The notes beneath the pieces were generated by a model, which was given only the letters and a program-made list of their open reading frames with translations, was not told the origin of the DNA and ran no database searches. From Candidatus Sungiibacteriota bacterium (lineage in GTDB: Bacteria > Patescibacteriota > Minisyncoccia > Sungbacterales > JACQCQ01), in the NCBI GenBank assembly GCA_016201505.1, contig JACQCQ010000009.1, positions 1,991 through 65,990 on the forward strand: a stretch of DNA of 64,000 bases, given 5' to 3'. The number at the start of each line of letters is the position of its first letter. Within the stretch, counting starts at the first letter, position 1. The position numbers and the translations under genes were made by a program. Shown in pieces: positions 1-8,448 of the stretch.

Positions 1-280
1 GGGCGAGGCGGAAGGGGGGTGTGGGGGGAATTCCGCCTCGCCCGAGCCGAAGCGAAGCCCCGCCGCCCTGCTCGGTCAGAGCAGAGTCCCGCAAAAAAGT
101 TTTCTTTTCCTTTTAGAAGAAAAAGAAATCGCGCGCCAAATCAAAAAATGCGAAGAAAACTTTTTTGCGGAACAGCGAGCGAAGCGAGCGGCGGCGGGGC
201 GGAGCGTCAGTTTCGCTCAAAGAAATTTCGCGCAAGGTTTAGAATATCCCACAAAAAAAGACGCGCCATCCTCCCATAAA
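1..280. repeat. Low-complexity GC-rich segment sharing a ~30-nt block (cgtttcgctcaaagaaaNttcgcgcaaNgt followed by a TAGAAT/TATAAT -10-like box) with 18036-18068
   Basis: Matched to 18036-18075 by eye. The ORF 19..279 is Arg/Lys-rich low complexity and not credible. Confidence 0.4.
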
Positions 281-304
281 GATGTACGCGTCAGGTTACA
301 CGTC

Positions 305-904
305 ATGAATCAAAAAATAATCTACGTCATGATTGGCGCCGCGGTCGTATCCGGCGGAATTTTGTATGCGAGTTATTATCCCGCAGAACTGGCGAGCCAG
401 TTCGCAAAAACCGCCACTGTCTACGACGAGTCTATTAAAGTCTCGCCGGGCAAGGCCATCAAAGTTGCTGAAGTTATTGATGGCGATACGATTGTCCTCG
501 CTAACGGCGACCACTTGCGCTATATCGGCATGGACACCCCCGAAGAAGTTGACCCGCGAAAGCCGGTGCAGTGCTATGCCAAAGAGGCGGCCGACGCGAA
601 TCGCCGGCTGGTTCAAGGGAAAACGATTATTTTTTATCGGGATGTTTCGGAGCATGATAAATACGGCCGCTGGCTGGGGTATGTCTACCTTTTAGACGGG
701 CCCGATGCCAAAATGAATACATTTGTAAATCGAACGCTGGTCAGGTCCGGCTTTGCCTTTGCCTATAATTACAAGCCGGACACTTCCAAAGCCGCTTTAT
801 TTAAAACCGATGAAACGGCCGCAAAAAATGATCACCTCGGCCTGTGGGCGCATTGCACTGTGACTCGCTTATCGACCGGCCGCGAGCAGACGAATAATTT
901 ATGA
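305..904 (+). CDS. Thermonuclease (staphylococcal nuclease-like) family protein with N-terminal TM/signal
   Basis: SNase-like motifs VIDGDTI, RYIGMDTPE and DKYGRWLGYVY. N-terminal hydrophobic segment. Confidence 0.7.
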   Translation: MNQKIIYVMIGAAVVSGGILYASYYPAELASQFAKTATVYDESIKVSPGKAIKVAEVIDGDTIVLANGDHLRYIGMDTPEEVDPRKPVQCYAKEAADANRRLVQGKTIIFYRDVSEHDKYGRWLGYVYLLDGPDAKMNTFVNRTLVRSGFAFAYNYKPDTSKAALFKTDETAAKNDHLGLWAHCTVTRLSTGREQTNNL

Positions 905-1623
905 ATTTTGCCCTTAGCTACATACGCTATATCGTTTTGACGGGCAGCATTATTCTGGCGGCCGTTTTATTTTTGAGTCTGGTGTCCGGGTCTTCGCTGC
1001 CTGCGAGCAGCTATCTAAAACTCGATCGGCTGTACGGTCTGATCGCCGTTTCATTTCTATACCTTGCCTTACTCGCCACACCCCTCACCCAAGCCTGGCC
1101 AACTATCCCCTATCGTGTTGTTTACGTAAAAGCCCGCCGCGCCATCGGGGTCTCGGCTTTTTTCTTCGGTCTGCTCCACGCACTGATTTCGTTTTTTGTG
1201 TTACTCGGCGGCTATTCCGGCCTTTTCTTTTTAAATTCAACGTCTGCCTTGGCGATAGCGCTCGGATTCCTTCAGCTTTTAATTTTGGCGATCCTAGCTT
1301 CGACCTCATTTGATTCTATGGTGCGAAAACTCGGCACGCGCTGGAAGCAACTACACCGGCTCGTTTACATCGCCGCGTTTTCAATTTTAATTCACGCCAT
1401 CATTCTCGGCAGCGATATCGGTGATTGGTCGAATTCCATTTCTCAAGTCTTCTATATCGCCGTCATATTTCTGTTCGCTCTCGAGGATCTGCGCATATTT
1501 GGGTATCTAAAAAGAAAATTCCCGACATTTTCACGGCGACTGCTTCTGGCCCCCTGTATTCTGGTTTATTTGGTTTTCTCCATTTTGCTCTACCGGTTCA
1601 TGAGTTTCGGCCATGCGCATTAG
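901..1623 (+). CDS. Polytopic membrane protein, ferric-reductase-like transmembrane domain (MsrQ/YedZ-like)
   Basis: Six predicted TM helices with conserved His in helices (LLHALISF, LHRLVYIA, LIHAIILG). Overlaps the upstream stop by 4 nt. Confidence 0.4.
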   Translation: MNFALSYIRYIVLTGSIILAAVLFLSLVSGSSLPASSYLKLDRLYGLIAVSFLYLALLATPLTQAWPTIPYRVVYVKARRAIGVSAFFFGLLHALISFFVLLGGYSGLFFLNSTSALAIALGFLQLLILAILASTSFDSMVRKLGTRWKQLHRLVYIAAFSILIHAIILGSDIGDWSNSISQVFYIAVIFLFALEDLRIFGYLKRKFPTFSRRLLLAPCILVYLVFSILLYRFMSFGHAH

Positions 1624-2137
1624 AAAATGGGTTGAGGTTTTTTCCATTTTCTATTTGCTGTTTGCTATTTGCTTCTCCGCCTCCGCCCATGTTTTAAAGA
1701 GCGACGGCGTAATCGGCGCCGATCTTCACATTGAGCCGGATGACGATCCTTACGTCGGAGCTCCCGCGACGCTGTACCTCGATTTTAAGGACTTGAGCGG
1801 AAAGTTTTTGCTCGATCAATGCGACTGCCGCATGAGTATTTCTCTAGATAACAGCCAGCTGTATGAAGCGAGCCTCGTCTCTTTCACCGCCTCGTACACA
1901 TTTGCCAAACCCGCAAGCTATCTGCTCACGGTGAGCGGAACACCGAAACACATTCGCGCATTCCAGCCGTTTTCACTAGAATATCCAATACGAGTCGCCC
2001 GTATGGTCCCGCCAGCCGCGGCCTCGCAAAAGTCAAAAACTCATAATCATAATTCGATAATTCTGTACGGCATTTCGGCCATCATCACGTTCTTTATTTT
2101 GTACTACGAAAAAAATAAAGCGAAGTTGTTTTCGTAA
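1613..2137 (+). CDS. Hypothetical secreted protein with C-terminal membrane anchor
   Basis: N-terminal signal-like segment, C-terminal hydrophobic helix, and coding-like composition. Confidence 0.4.
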   Translation: MRIRKWVEVFSIFYLLFAICFSASAHVLKSDGVIGADLHIEPDDDPYVGAPATLYLDFKDLSGKFLLDQCDCRMSISLDNSQLYEASLVSFTASYTFAKPASYLLTVSGTPKHIRAFQPFSLEYPIRVARMVPPAAASQKSKTHNHNSIILYGISAIITFFILYYEKNKAKLFS

Positions 2138-2226
2138 CATGCCGGAATCATTATTTACCGCGGCGCTTATCCAGCATTTGCTCCTCCGGCAATTTTTGAC
2201 ATTACCAATGGCGGGAGATAGGCTAT

Positions 2227-2871
2227 TTGAGTATGTCTAAATTTTCCATCGGCATCATGCTCTTAGTTCTGGTTCTTTCCGGCGGGCTTTTTTATATCGC
2301 GAAACATAGACCCGAAGACGCTGCCCATGTCCTAACGCTGGCCGTGACTCCCGGTGATCACGCCACGGGGACGCCGACCGCAAGGGTCACTTTGCTCGAA
2401 TACGGCGATTATCAGTGTCCGGCCTGCGCCGCCTATTTTCCGCTGGTCGAGCAAATCCGCAAAGATTATGCGGGCAAAATCCTCTTTGTCTTCCGCAATT
2501 TTCCGCTTACAGCGATCCATTCAAATGCCGAGATCGCGGCCCTGGCGGCTGAAGCCGCCGGCCTGCAGGGAAAATATTTTGAGATGTATGCAACACTCTA
2601 TCCGCATCAAAACGATTGGTCGGGTTCCCGAAATGCCAAAGATATTTTTATGGGGTATGCCGAAAGTCTCGGCCTCGATAAAACCAAGTTCTCGAACGAT
2701 CTTGATTCAGATAGCTTAAAGAAAAAAATTGAAGATGATGCCAACAGCGGACTGGCCGCGGGCGTCCAGGGCACGCCGACTTTCTTTATCAATGGTAAGT
2801 CGATTCAAAATCCGCAAAGTTATGATGGATTCAAAAAACTCATTGACGACGCCCTCGCCAAGAATCCCTAA
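2227..2871 (+). CDS. DsbA-family thiol:disulfide oxidoreductase (thioredoxin fold)
   Basis: CPAC active site (YGDYQCPACAAYFP), N-terminal TM anchor, and thioredoxin-like length. Confidence 0.8.
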   Translation: MSMSKFSIGIMLLVLVLSGGLFYIAKHRPEDAAHVLTLAVTPGDHATGTPTARVTLLEYGDYQCPACAAYFPLVEQIRKDYAGKILFVFRNFPLTAIHSNAEIAALAAEAAGLQGKYFEMYATLYPHQNDWSGSRNAKDIFMGYAESLGLDKTKFSNDLDSDSLKKKIEDDANSGLAAGVQGTPTFFINGKSIQNPQSYDGFKKLIDDALAKNP

Positions 2872-3298
2872 GTGGCTGGCACCAGCCATTATTATCGTAT
2901 CCGCCATCGGGCTGCTTGATTCCGCCTATCTGGCCATGAAGTATTATTTGGGCGAGCCCGTTACCTGCTCGCTCTTTTGGGGCTGCGAGGCCGTGACCAC
3001 CAGCCAATATGCCGCCGTGGGCCATGTTCCGACGGCACTATTCGGCGTTTTATTTTACCTCGGCACATTTTTACTCGGGATTCTCTATTACGAAACCAAA
3101 AAAGAAATCTATTTGCGCCAATTTTCGTATCTCTCCGCGATTGGATTTTTAGTTTCACTGGGTCTCCTCTGGCTTGAACTGTTTGTCATCCGCGCCATCT
3201 GCGTCTACTGCTCAATTTCAACCCTCGCCTCAACCATTCTTTTCATCTGCGGCGTCTTCAGCCTGCGTAATACATCGAGCGCGCGGAACTCTCCTTGA
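2822..3298 (+). CDS. Vitamin K epoxide reductase (VKOR) family protein
   Basis: VKOR signature CSLFWGCEAV plus C-terminal CVYC within a 4-5 TM protein. Start ATG at 2822 overlaps the dsbA end by ~50 nt (the ORF track gives a longer 2729 start). Confidence 0.7.
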   Translation: MMDSKNSLTTPSPRIPKWLAPAIIIVSAIGLLDSAYLAMKYYLGEPVTCSLFWGCEAVTTSQYAAVGHVPTALFGVLFYLGTFLLGILYYETKKEIYLRQFSYLSAIGFLVSLGLLWLELFVIRAICVYCSISTLASTILFICGVFSLRNTSSARNSP

Positions 3299-3364
3299 AG
3301 TAAAAAGACATTTTGGCATACTGGATGGTAGAGTTTGCCCCCACTCCACGAAGGAGGTGAGGCG

Positions 3365-4108
3365 ATGAGCCTTGTCGGGAGAGTCATCATCGTCGCCAGC
3401 GTTCTGGTTTTCGGATTCTCGTCCTGCGCGCCGTTCAAAGTAACGGGGGTAAAACCCGCCGCCCAGGCACAGGCCGCGGCCAGCGACTCCGCCAAATCGG
3501 CCGCTCAATGCTCGCGTACTGCGCAAGAATCGGTCGGCAAGTTTCTGGCCGGGTTGATGGAGGCCATCTGGAAATCGAGTCTCGTGCTTCTTCGTTCGGT
3601 CTTTCCGCCGGACATGAATCTTCTGCAGGCCTTCAGCGACAAGAACGACGGCGGCGAGGTGGTGAAAGCCATCATGCAATACTCGAAAGAACAAATGGGC
3701 GACCAGGTTGCCCCCGAGTACGATCCGGGGGCCGTCGTCATAGACACCGAAAACCCGCTGGTCAAGCTGGTCACGGTCCGGCGGCATATCGATCACACCA
3801 GTTACAAGACGGGCAAAACCGAGGAGTTGGATGAAGAGCGCCAATTCATGGTCATGTTTGACAGTCCGGACCGAAACTGCATCATCTGGATCCGGGCGAT
3901 TGACCCCGCTTGGAGAAGAATCAGCGAGAGCCAAACCACCGGCTCTCGTTTTATTTTGAATTATTTTTATCCGCCGTCGCAGCAGACCTCAGGCATTAGC
4001 CTAAGGGTGAGTGTGATTATGACAGATAATCTTGAGTCGAGTTTGGGAGTGGATGCTTTGGCGCCTGCTCGCCAGTGCCTGTGTCATAAGGACTCCCTAA
4101 TGTCTTAA
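3365..4108 (+). CDS. Hypothetical lipoprotein (GC-rich islet)
   Basis: Strong SD AAGGAGGTG 7 nt upstream of the ATG at 3365. Signal peptide ending ...GFSSC (lipobox-like). GC-rich codon usage unlike neighbouring genes. Confidence 0.45.
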   Translation: MSLVGRVIIVASVLVFGFSSCAPFKVTGVKPAAQAQAAASDSAKSAAQCSRTAQESVGKFLAGLMEAIWKSSLVLLRSVFPPDMNLLQAFSDKNDGGEVVKAIMQYSKEQMGDQVAPEYDPGAVVIDTENPLVKLVTVRRHIDHTSYKTGKTEELDEERQFMVMFDSPDRNCIIWIRAIDPAWRRISESQTTGSRFILNYFYPPSQQTSGISLRVSVIMTDNLESSLGVDALAPARQCLCHKDSLMS

Positions 4109-4160
4109 GCACACTCTGTATTCTCACTCTCTCCTAAGCTCGTCTAGCAGGCAGATGGCA

Positions 4161-4245
4161 GGCGGGGATTCCGCTGATCTCGCAAGAGTTCGCCTGAAAG
4201 CGAATTGCGAGATGCCACGGCCTCATGGCCGTGTAGCTTCATAAA
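4161..4245. repeat. REP-like double-hairpin element (copy A); copy B at 59195-59265
   Basis: Shared ggattccgcYgatctcgca...gcgaaNtgcgagat (hairpin 1) followed by ccacggcc..ggccgtg (hairpin 2) and gcttcat. Confidence 0.55.
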
Positions 4246-4253
4246 AAAAATAC

Positions 4254-4297
4254 CACCTCGCCCTGATCCGCCCGCTGGCGGGATCGAGGGCGAGGTG
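4254..4297 (-). terminator. Rho-independent terminator for the minus-strand gene 4326..4715
   Basis: ~19-bp GC-rich inverted repeat cacctcgccctgatccgcc/ggcgggatcgagggcgaggtg followed (minus orientation) by a T8 tract. Confidence 0.55.
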
Positions 4298-4325
4298 TGT
4301 GATGCAGGGAGCGCTGCTCCCTTAC

Positions 4326-4715
4326 CTACTTCGGGAAAGCGAAGACGGGTCCGTCGGCCAGGTTCTCGAGCCTCTTCGGCTTCAGCGGATCCACGAACCC
4401 GACCGAGACGGCGGTAGGCACCGTGCTCACGATCGAGGCGGCCGAGTCAATGGCGGTCAACGGCGTGTTAATGACGGCGGCTCCGAGGCCGGTGGCCACA
4501 CCGACGGGGCCGCGCTTGTCCACCTCGTCGCCGACGCTCTTGAAGGGGGCGAGCCCGACGTTGGCTGCGCCGACCACGACGGTCTGGACGCCGTCCCAGA
4601 GGCCCATGAGCGGGTTCGAGTTCACCTTGACCTTGATGTCCGCAGCCGCCGCCGGGGCCGGCGCGACCAGGATTAGAGCGAAAACCGCCATCACTATGAT
4701 GCCGAGTGCTTTCAT
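4326..4715 (-). CDS. Hypothetical small secreted protein (GC-rich islet)
   Basis: Signal peptide MKALGIIVMAVFALILVAPAPAAAAD and an SD-like GGGAGGG upstream. Confidence 0.45.
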   Translation of the reverse strand: MKALGIIVMAVFALILVAPAPAAAADIKVKVNSNPLMGLWDGVQTVVVGAANVGLAPFKSVGDEVDKRGPVGVATGLGAAVINTPLTAIDSAASIVSTVPTAVSVGFVDPLKPKRLENLADGPVFAFPK

Positions 4716-4896
4716 GTTCCCTCCCGGGGGATGGGGTGAACTGCGCCTACTTCGTGTGCTGAAGAAACCATACCACGCTCGTCAGTTCTTTTAAGCGGAC
4801 TTATCCACACCTGTGTATAATTCAAGCCGCAAAAGCACATAGTATAAAGAGAGATACTTCGGGTCGCAGTCAAGCCCAAGAAAAGGGAGGCGGCCA

Positions 4897-5334
4897 ATGA
4901 AGGTGCTCTTTGTCATTCTAGTCATGCTCGCGATGGTTGCCGGATCGGTTCCGGCGGCGGGACAGCCAACCCTGCCTCTCTTCAATCCCTACCCGGGAGT
5001 GACGCAGGAGAAGATGGACACGGACACCAAGTACTGCCTGAACTTCGCCACCGTTCAGGTAACGACGCAAGTGCCCGGCCAAGATAACACCGGCCGCGAC
5101 GCGGCTGTCGGCGCGCTCGGCGGTGCCGCTACCGGTGCCGCCATCGGTGCGATCGCCGGGGGTGGCAAAGGCGCCGGCAAAGGCGCTGCGATCGGTGGTC
5201 TGGCGGGACTCATTTTCGGTGGGCTATCTGGCGCAAGCCAGGCACAGTCGAGTCAAACCCAAACGACGCCCATGCTTGATGGAAATCGATATGCCGCCTG
5301 CATGAACCAGTTGGGATACCCGCGCGTGCCGTAG
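4897..5334 (+). CDS. Glycine-zipper (YMGG/Pcp-like) small secreted/membrane protein
   Basis: GxxxG/AxxxG zipper run AVGALGGAATGAAIGAIAGGGKGAGKGAAIGGLAGLIFGG, signal peptide, and SD GGGAGG upstream. Confidence 0.55.
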   Translation: MKVLFVILVMLAMVAGSVPAAGQPTLPLFNPYPGVTQEKMDTDTKYCLNFATVQVTTQVPGQDNTGRDAAVGALGGAATGAAIGAIAGGGKGAGKGAAIGGLAGLIFGGLSGASQAQSSQTQTTPMLDGNRYAACMNQLGYPRVP

Positions 5335-5359
5335 CCGGTGATCCCCAGGAGGAGAAAAG

Positions 5360-5890
5360 ATGATCACTACGACGACACTGCAGTCAAACGGGGCTGGAGT
5401 TACCGCCAAGTCAAGAAGCATGGGCACTCGCCAGGACGGCCTTGTCGGTTGGAAGCTGGTGCTGCCGATCGTTCTCGGCCTGCTCGCAATGTTTGCCTTC
5501 TCGACGGGGATCATGCTCGCGGCAGATCACGGCGGACGGACGCTGCGTAACGCCGTCATGACGACCTGGCTGCTCGCGTTCTTCTATCCGATCAGCATGC
5601 TCTTCCTGACGCTCGTTCTCGTGCGGATCGGCTGTCAGATCTCGAGATACCCGCCGAGTTCGAAGCTCACCAGCTGGGGATCGAATGCCCCCGGACTCGC
5701 AGTCGGGGTTCTTCTGCTCGCTGTGTTCATTGGTCTAAAGATTCTCACGGGGATGCCGACGAAGACGGGAGCAGAAGCGCTTCAGTCACTGCTCACCTAC
5801 TTCTGCGCCTTGGCGGTCCTGGTGGCCATCTGCGAGGTTGTCCGCTGGCTGGGGCGAGAGATCACGCATCCAGCCTTGAGCCTCATGTAG
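5360..5890 (+). CDS. Hypothetical polytopic membrane protein (GC-rich islet)
   Basis: SD CCAGGAGGAG upstream; 4-5 predicted TM helices. Confidence 0.5.
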   Translation: MITTTTLQSNGAGVTAKSRSMGTRQDGLVGWKLVLPIVLGLLAMFAFSTGIMLAADHGGRTLRNAVMTTWLLAFFYPISMLFLTLVLVRIGCQISRYPPSSKLTSWGSNAPGLAVGVLLLAVFIGLKILTGMPTKTGAEALQSLLTYFCALAVLVAICEVVRWLGREITHPALSLM

Positions 5891-5922
5891 CAGAGGTACT
5901 GCTACATGATCTCGGCTTCGAG

Positions 5923-5964
5923 AGCCGGCCGCTTCCTTCATCTGAAGCGACCGGCTATTTTTTT
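5923..5964 (+). terminator. Rho-independent terminator after 5360..5890
   Basis: Inverted repeat agccggccgcttc/gaagcgaccggct followed by a T7 tract. Confidence 0.55.
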
Positions 5965-6080
5965 GTCAATCGATTTTACTACCACACCAGAAAGCCTCGT
6001 CTCTAAAGACGCGAGTGAATGATTAAAAAATGCCACGCCTTAGTCAGAAAGCCGCGGATTTGCACCCGTGGTGTGGGGGT

Positions 6081-6656
6081 TTACTCAAGATCCGATAGTC
6101 TCCCGATCAAAAATTCAAGCAGGATGAATACCAGCAGACCCGAAAGTAGCGCGATCTCGGTAAATCTCAAATAGTGCCGGACATGAATGAGCGTCGCCGA
6201 TGAAAAAAAGCCCAGCGAAGCTACAATTAAAAACCACATGAAAACAGCCAGAGAATCTTTGCGCCAGATTTTTTTTGGCTCTATATTTAAGAGTCCGGCT
6301 TTGACCACCATCAAATGGCCGAGGCCGTACATAAATTTTGAAATGAAGAGTGTGCGGGCGGTTCGTTCGGCGAGATGAGTGTTGAAACGATTGGTCAGCC
6401 GTTCAATCCAATGGCGGACAAAAAGCCAAACTTTTGTTTCGCGGAGCCAGACGCCGATTTGATACCAGAATGTCTCGCCGATCAGCAGTCCGACAGCAAC
6501 GACCAGAATTGTTTTTGCCGGATTTAAATACCCGAGACGCGCGAGAAAAGCCGCGGTAAATAAAATGATATCGCCTTCAAAAATCATGCCGAAGAATATA
6601 AATGCATAGGCCAAGGGTCGCGAAATAAGTAAATACGGCAATAAAAAAGAGCGCAT
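6081..6656 (-). CDS. DedA/SNARE-associated (VTT domain) membrane protein
   Basis: DedA-like motifs (FIFFGMIFEGD, LARLGYLNP, FISKFMYGLGHL) and topology. Confidence 0.7.
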   Translation of the reverse strand: MRSFLLPYLLISRPLAYAFIFFGMIFEGDIILFTAAFLARLGYLNPAKTILVVAVGLLIGETFWYQIGVWLRETKVWLFVRHWIERLTNRFNTHLAERTARTLFISKFMYGLGHLMVVKAGLLNIEPKKIWRKDSLAVFMWFLIVASLGFFSSATLIHVRHYLRFTEIALLSGLLVFILLEFLIGRLSDLE

Positions 6657-6660
6657 CCGT

Positions 6661-7401
6661 TTAGGGTTTTATCAATTGGTAGAGCTCATCATCCAGTCGG
6701 AACACTTCCTCCGATCTCATATTGCGCGGTCGCGGCAGATGATTTTGGATTATGCGTTCAACCCGGGCTGGCGGTTTTGTCAGCACAGCAATGCGGTCCG
6801 CCATTTCGACCGATTCGTGGATGTTGTGCGAAACCATCACGATCGTAACTTTTCGCTCGGCCCAGACGTCGAGCAGTTCTTGGCGCAGGGCGTCGCCGGT
6901 GAATGAGTCAAGTTCGGAAAACGGCTCGTCCATGAAGATTATTTTTGGGTCGGTGGCGAGCGCCCGGGCAATGCCGACGCGCTGCTTCATGCCGCCGGAC
7001 AATTCATGCGGGTGATGATTTGCGAATTTTTCCAGTCCAAAGATTTTAAGTTCTTGCCAGACGCGTTCTCTTCGTTTCTCCTCCGAAGTCTCGCGCTCGA
7101 GGAGACCGAGTTCGATATTCTCGCCGACCGTCAGCCAGGGCAGAAGCGCAAACTGCTGAAAGACAAAGCTGATATCTTTTTGGCTAAGCCCTGCGCCTAA
7201 GACCCTCTCCCCGGTGTAAGCTGGCTCGATGCCGGCGAAGATGCGGAGCAAGGTTGATTTGCCTGAACCCGAGGGCCCCATTAGGACAAAGAACTCGCCA
7301 AAATGAATTTCCAGGTTGATGTCTTTTAACGCATGAAAAGGACTGGCGTTTTTTCCGTCCATAAAAGTTTTATTTATATTTTTTGCTTCAAGTGCAAACA
7401 T
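6661..7401 (-). CDS. ABC transporter ATP-binding protein (NitT/TauT/SsuB-like family)
   Basis: Walker A GPSGSGKST, signature LSGGMKQRVGIARAL, Walker B IIFMDEP. Confidence 0.85.
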   Translation of the reverse strand: MFALEAKNINKTFMDGKNASPFHALKDINLEIHFGEFFVLMGPSGSGKSTLLRIFAGIEPAYTGERVLGAGLSQKDISFVFQQFALLPWLTVGENIELGLLERETSEEKRRERVWQELKIFGLEKFANHHPHELSGGMKQRVGIARALATDPKIIFMDEPFSELDSFTGDALRQELLDVWAERKVTIVMVSHNIHESVEMADRIAVLTKPPARVERIIQNHLPRPRNMRSEEVFRLDDELYQLIKP

Positions 7402-7404
7402 AGG

Positions 7405-8136
7405 TCAATCGTCGGTCCGCGTGTGCGACCACTCAAGCAACGGCAGCCAGATTATTTTATTGATGAGGAAGATGAGCGCGAGTAATCCCAAAATGCCAAA
7501 AGCGGTCACGGTGGGGTTGCTGGAAAATGATTGGAAAAATTCCCCCAGCCCGCGCGGCGCGCGCGCGATAATTTCGGTGGCCACCAGTCCCTCCCAGCCG
7601 TTGCCCAAGCCGATGATGGAGCCGGTAATAAATCCCGGTGCGGAGGCGGGCAGCAAAAATTTTTTAATATAGGTCAAGCCGCGCAAATCGGCGATGGCTA
7701 CGGCCTCATGCCAGTCGCGCTTAATAAGCCGCAGCGAGCTGGTAATCGTAAAAAAAATCGGCCAGACGATGATCATAAAAAGAAAGAAAATAACAACCAG
7801 ACTAGCGTTCCCAAATACTAAAACGGCAAACGGCAGTGCCGCGAATGTCGGGAAACTCTGTAGCACATCAAAAAACGGCAGGGCCCATTCTGCTTTCTTG
7901 CCGCGGTAGAACAAAACCGCCAGAACCCAACCAACGCAGGAAGACAGAAAATACGCAATCGCAAGCCGCAATACAGATATGCCGACATCGTACGAAAGCC
8001 GCCAGAGCTCAATGTTGGCGTAGGCCGAGAATAATGCCAAAAGAAAAAAGGGCAGAGCGACGACAGCGGCTGTTACAGCCAGATGCCGTGAAGAGGTATA
8101 TATGCCTACCGGGACCCGGTGCGCGTGATGTCTCAT
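7405..8136 (-). CDS. ABC transporter permease (binding-protein-dependent inner membrane component)
   Basis: Six predicted TM helices with an EAA-like loop (IADLRGLTYIKKFLLPASAP). Adjacent to the ATPase with a 3-nt gap. Confidence 0.8.
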   Translation of the reverse strand: MRHHAHRVPVGIYTSSRHLAVTAAVVALPFFLLALFSAYANIELWRLSYDVGISVLRLAIAYFLSSCVGWVLAVLFYRGKKAEWALPFFDVLQSFPTFAALPFAVLVFGNASLVVIFFLFMIIVWPIFFTITSSLRLIKRDWHEAVAIADLRGLTYIKKFLLPASAPGFITGSIIGLGNGWEGLVATEIIARAPRGLGEFFQSFSSNPTVTAFGILGLLALIFLINKIIWLPLLEWSHTRTDD

Positions 8137-8448
8137 GTATTTTCTATTATGCCGGTAGATAAACTGCGGAAGGTTCCGTTAAAACCGAACTGGATCTACC
8201 GCTGAAAACTAAAAATCTATAACCAACCGACTGTCCATGACAAAATAGTAGCATAAAAATTCGAAGTTATTCTCACCGGGTATGCGCTAGACGAGGTTCT
8301 TTCCAAAGACAGCAAAATAGCGTATAACAATCAGTATTATGCCCGCCTAAATTTTTTGGCGGGCAGGATAATCTGAAGAAACATAAAATTTCCAGTATAA
8401 TTTAAGAAGTCGAAACATATGCTGCGTGACTTAAAAACTTAAGCCGGT

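Noticed and set aside
19-279. ORF 19..279 (86 aa, Arg/Lys-rich)
   Set aside because: Low-complexity translation of a GC-rich repeat block, with no start context; treated as a repeat rather than a gene.
296-655. Minus-strand ORF overlapping the thermonuclease gene
   Set aside because: Antisense shadow of a well-supported plus-strand gene.
3230-3934. 234-aa minus-strand ORF in the GC-rich islet
   Set aside because: Frame shadow of the SD-bearing plus-strand lipoprotein gene, with an Arg/Gly-rich composition typical of GC-rich antisense frames.
8160-8400. Possible riboswitch or ncRNA in the 8140-8450 spacer
   Set aside because: It contains hairpins (cggtagat..atctaccg and gcccgcc..ggcgggc), but I could not match any known riboswitch consensus by eye.
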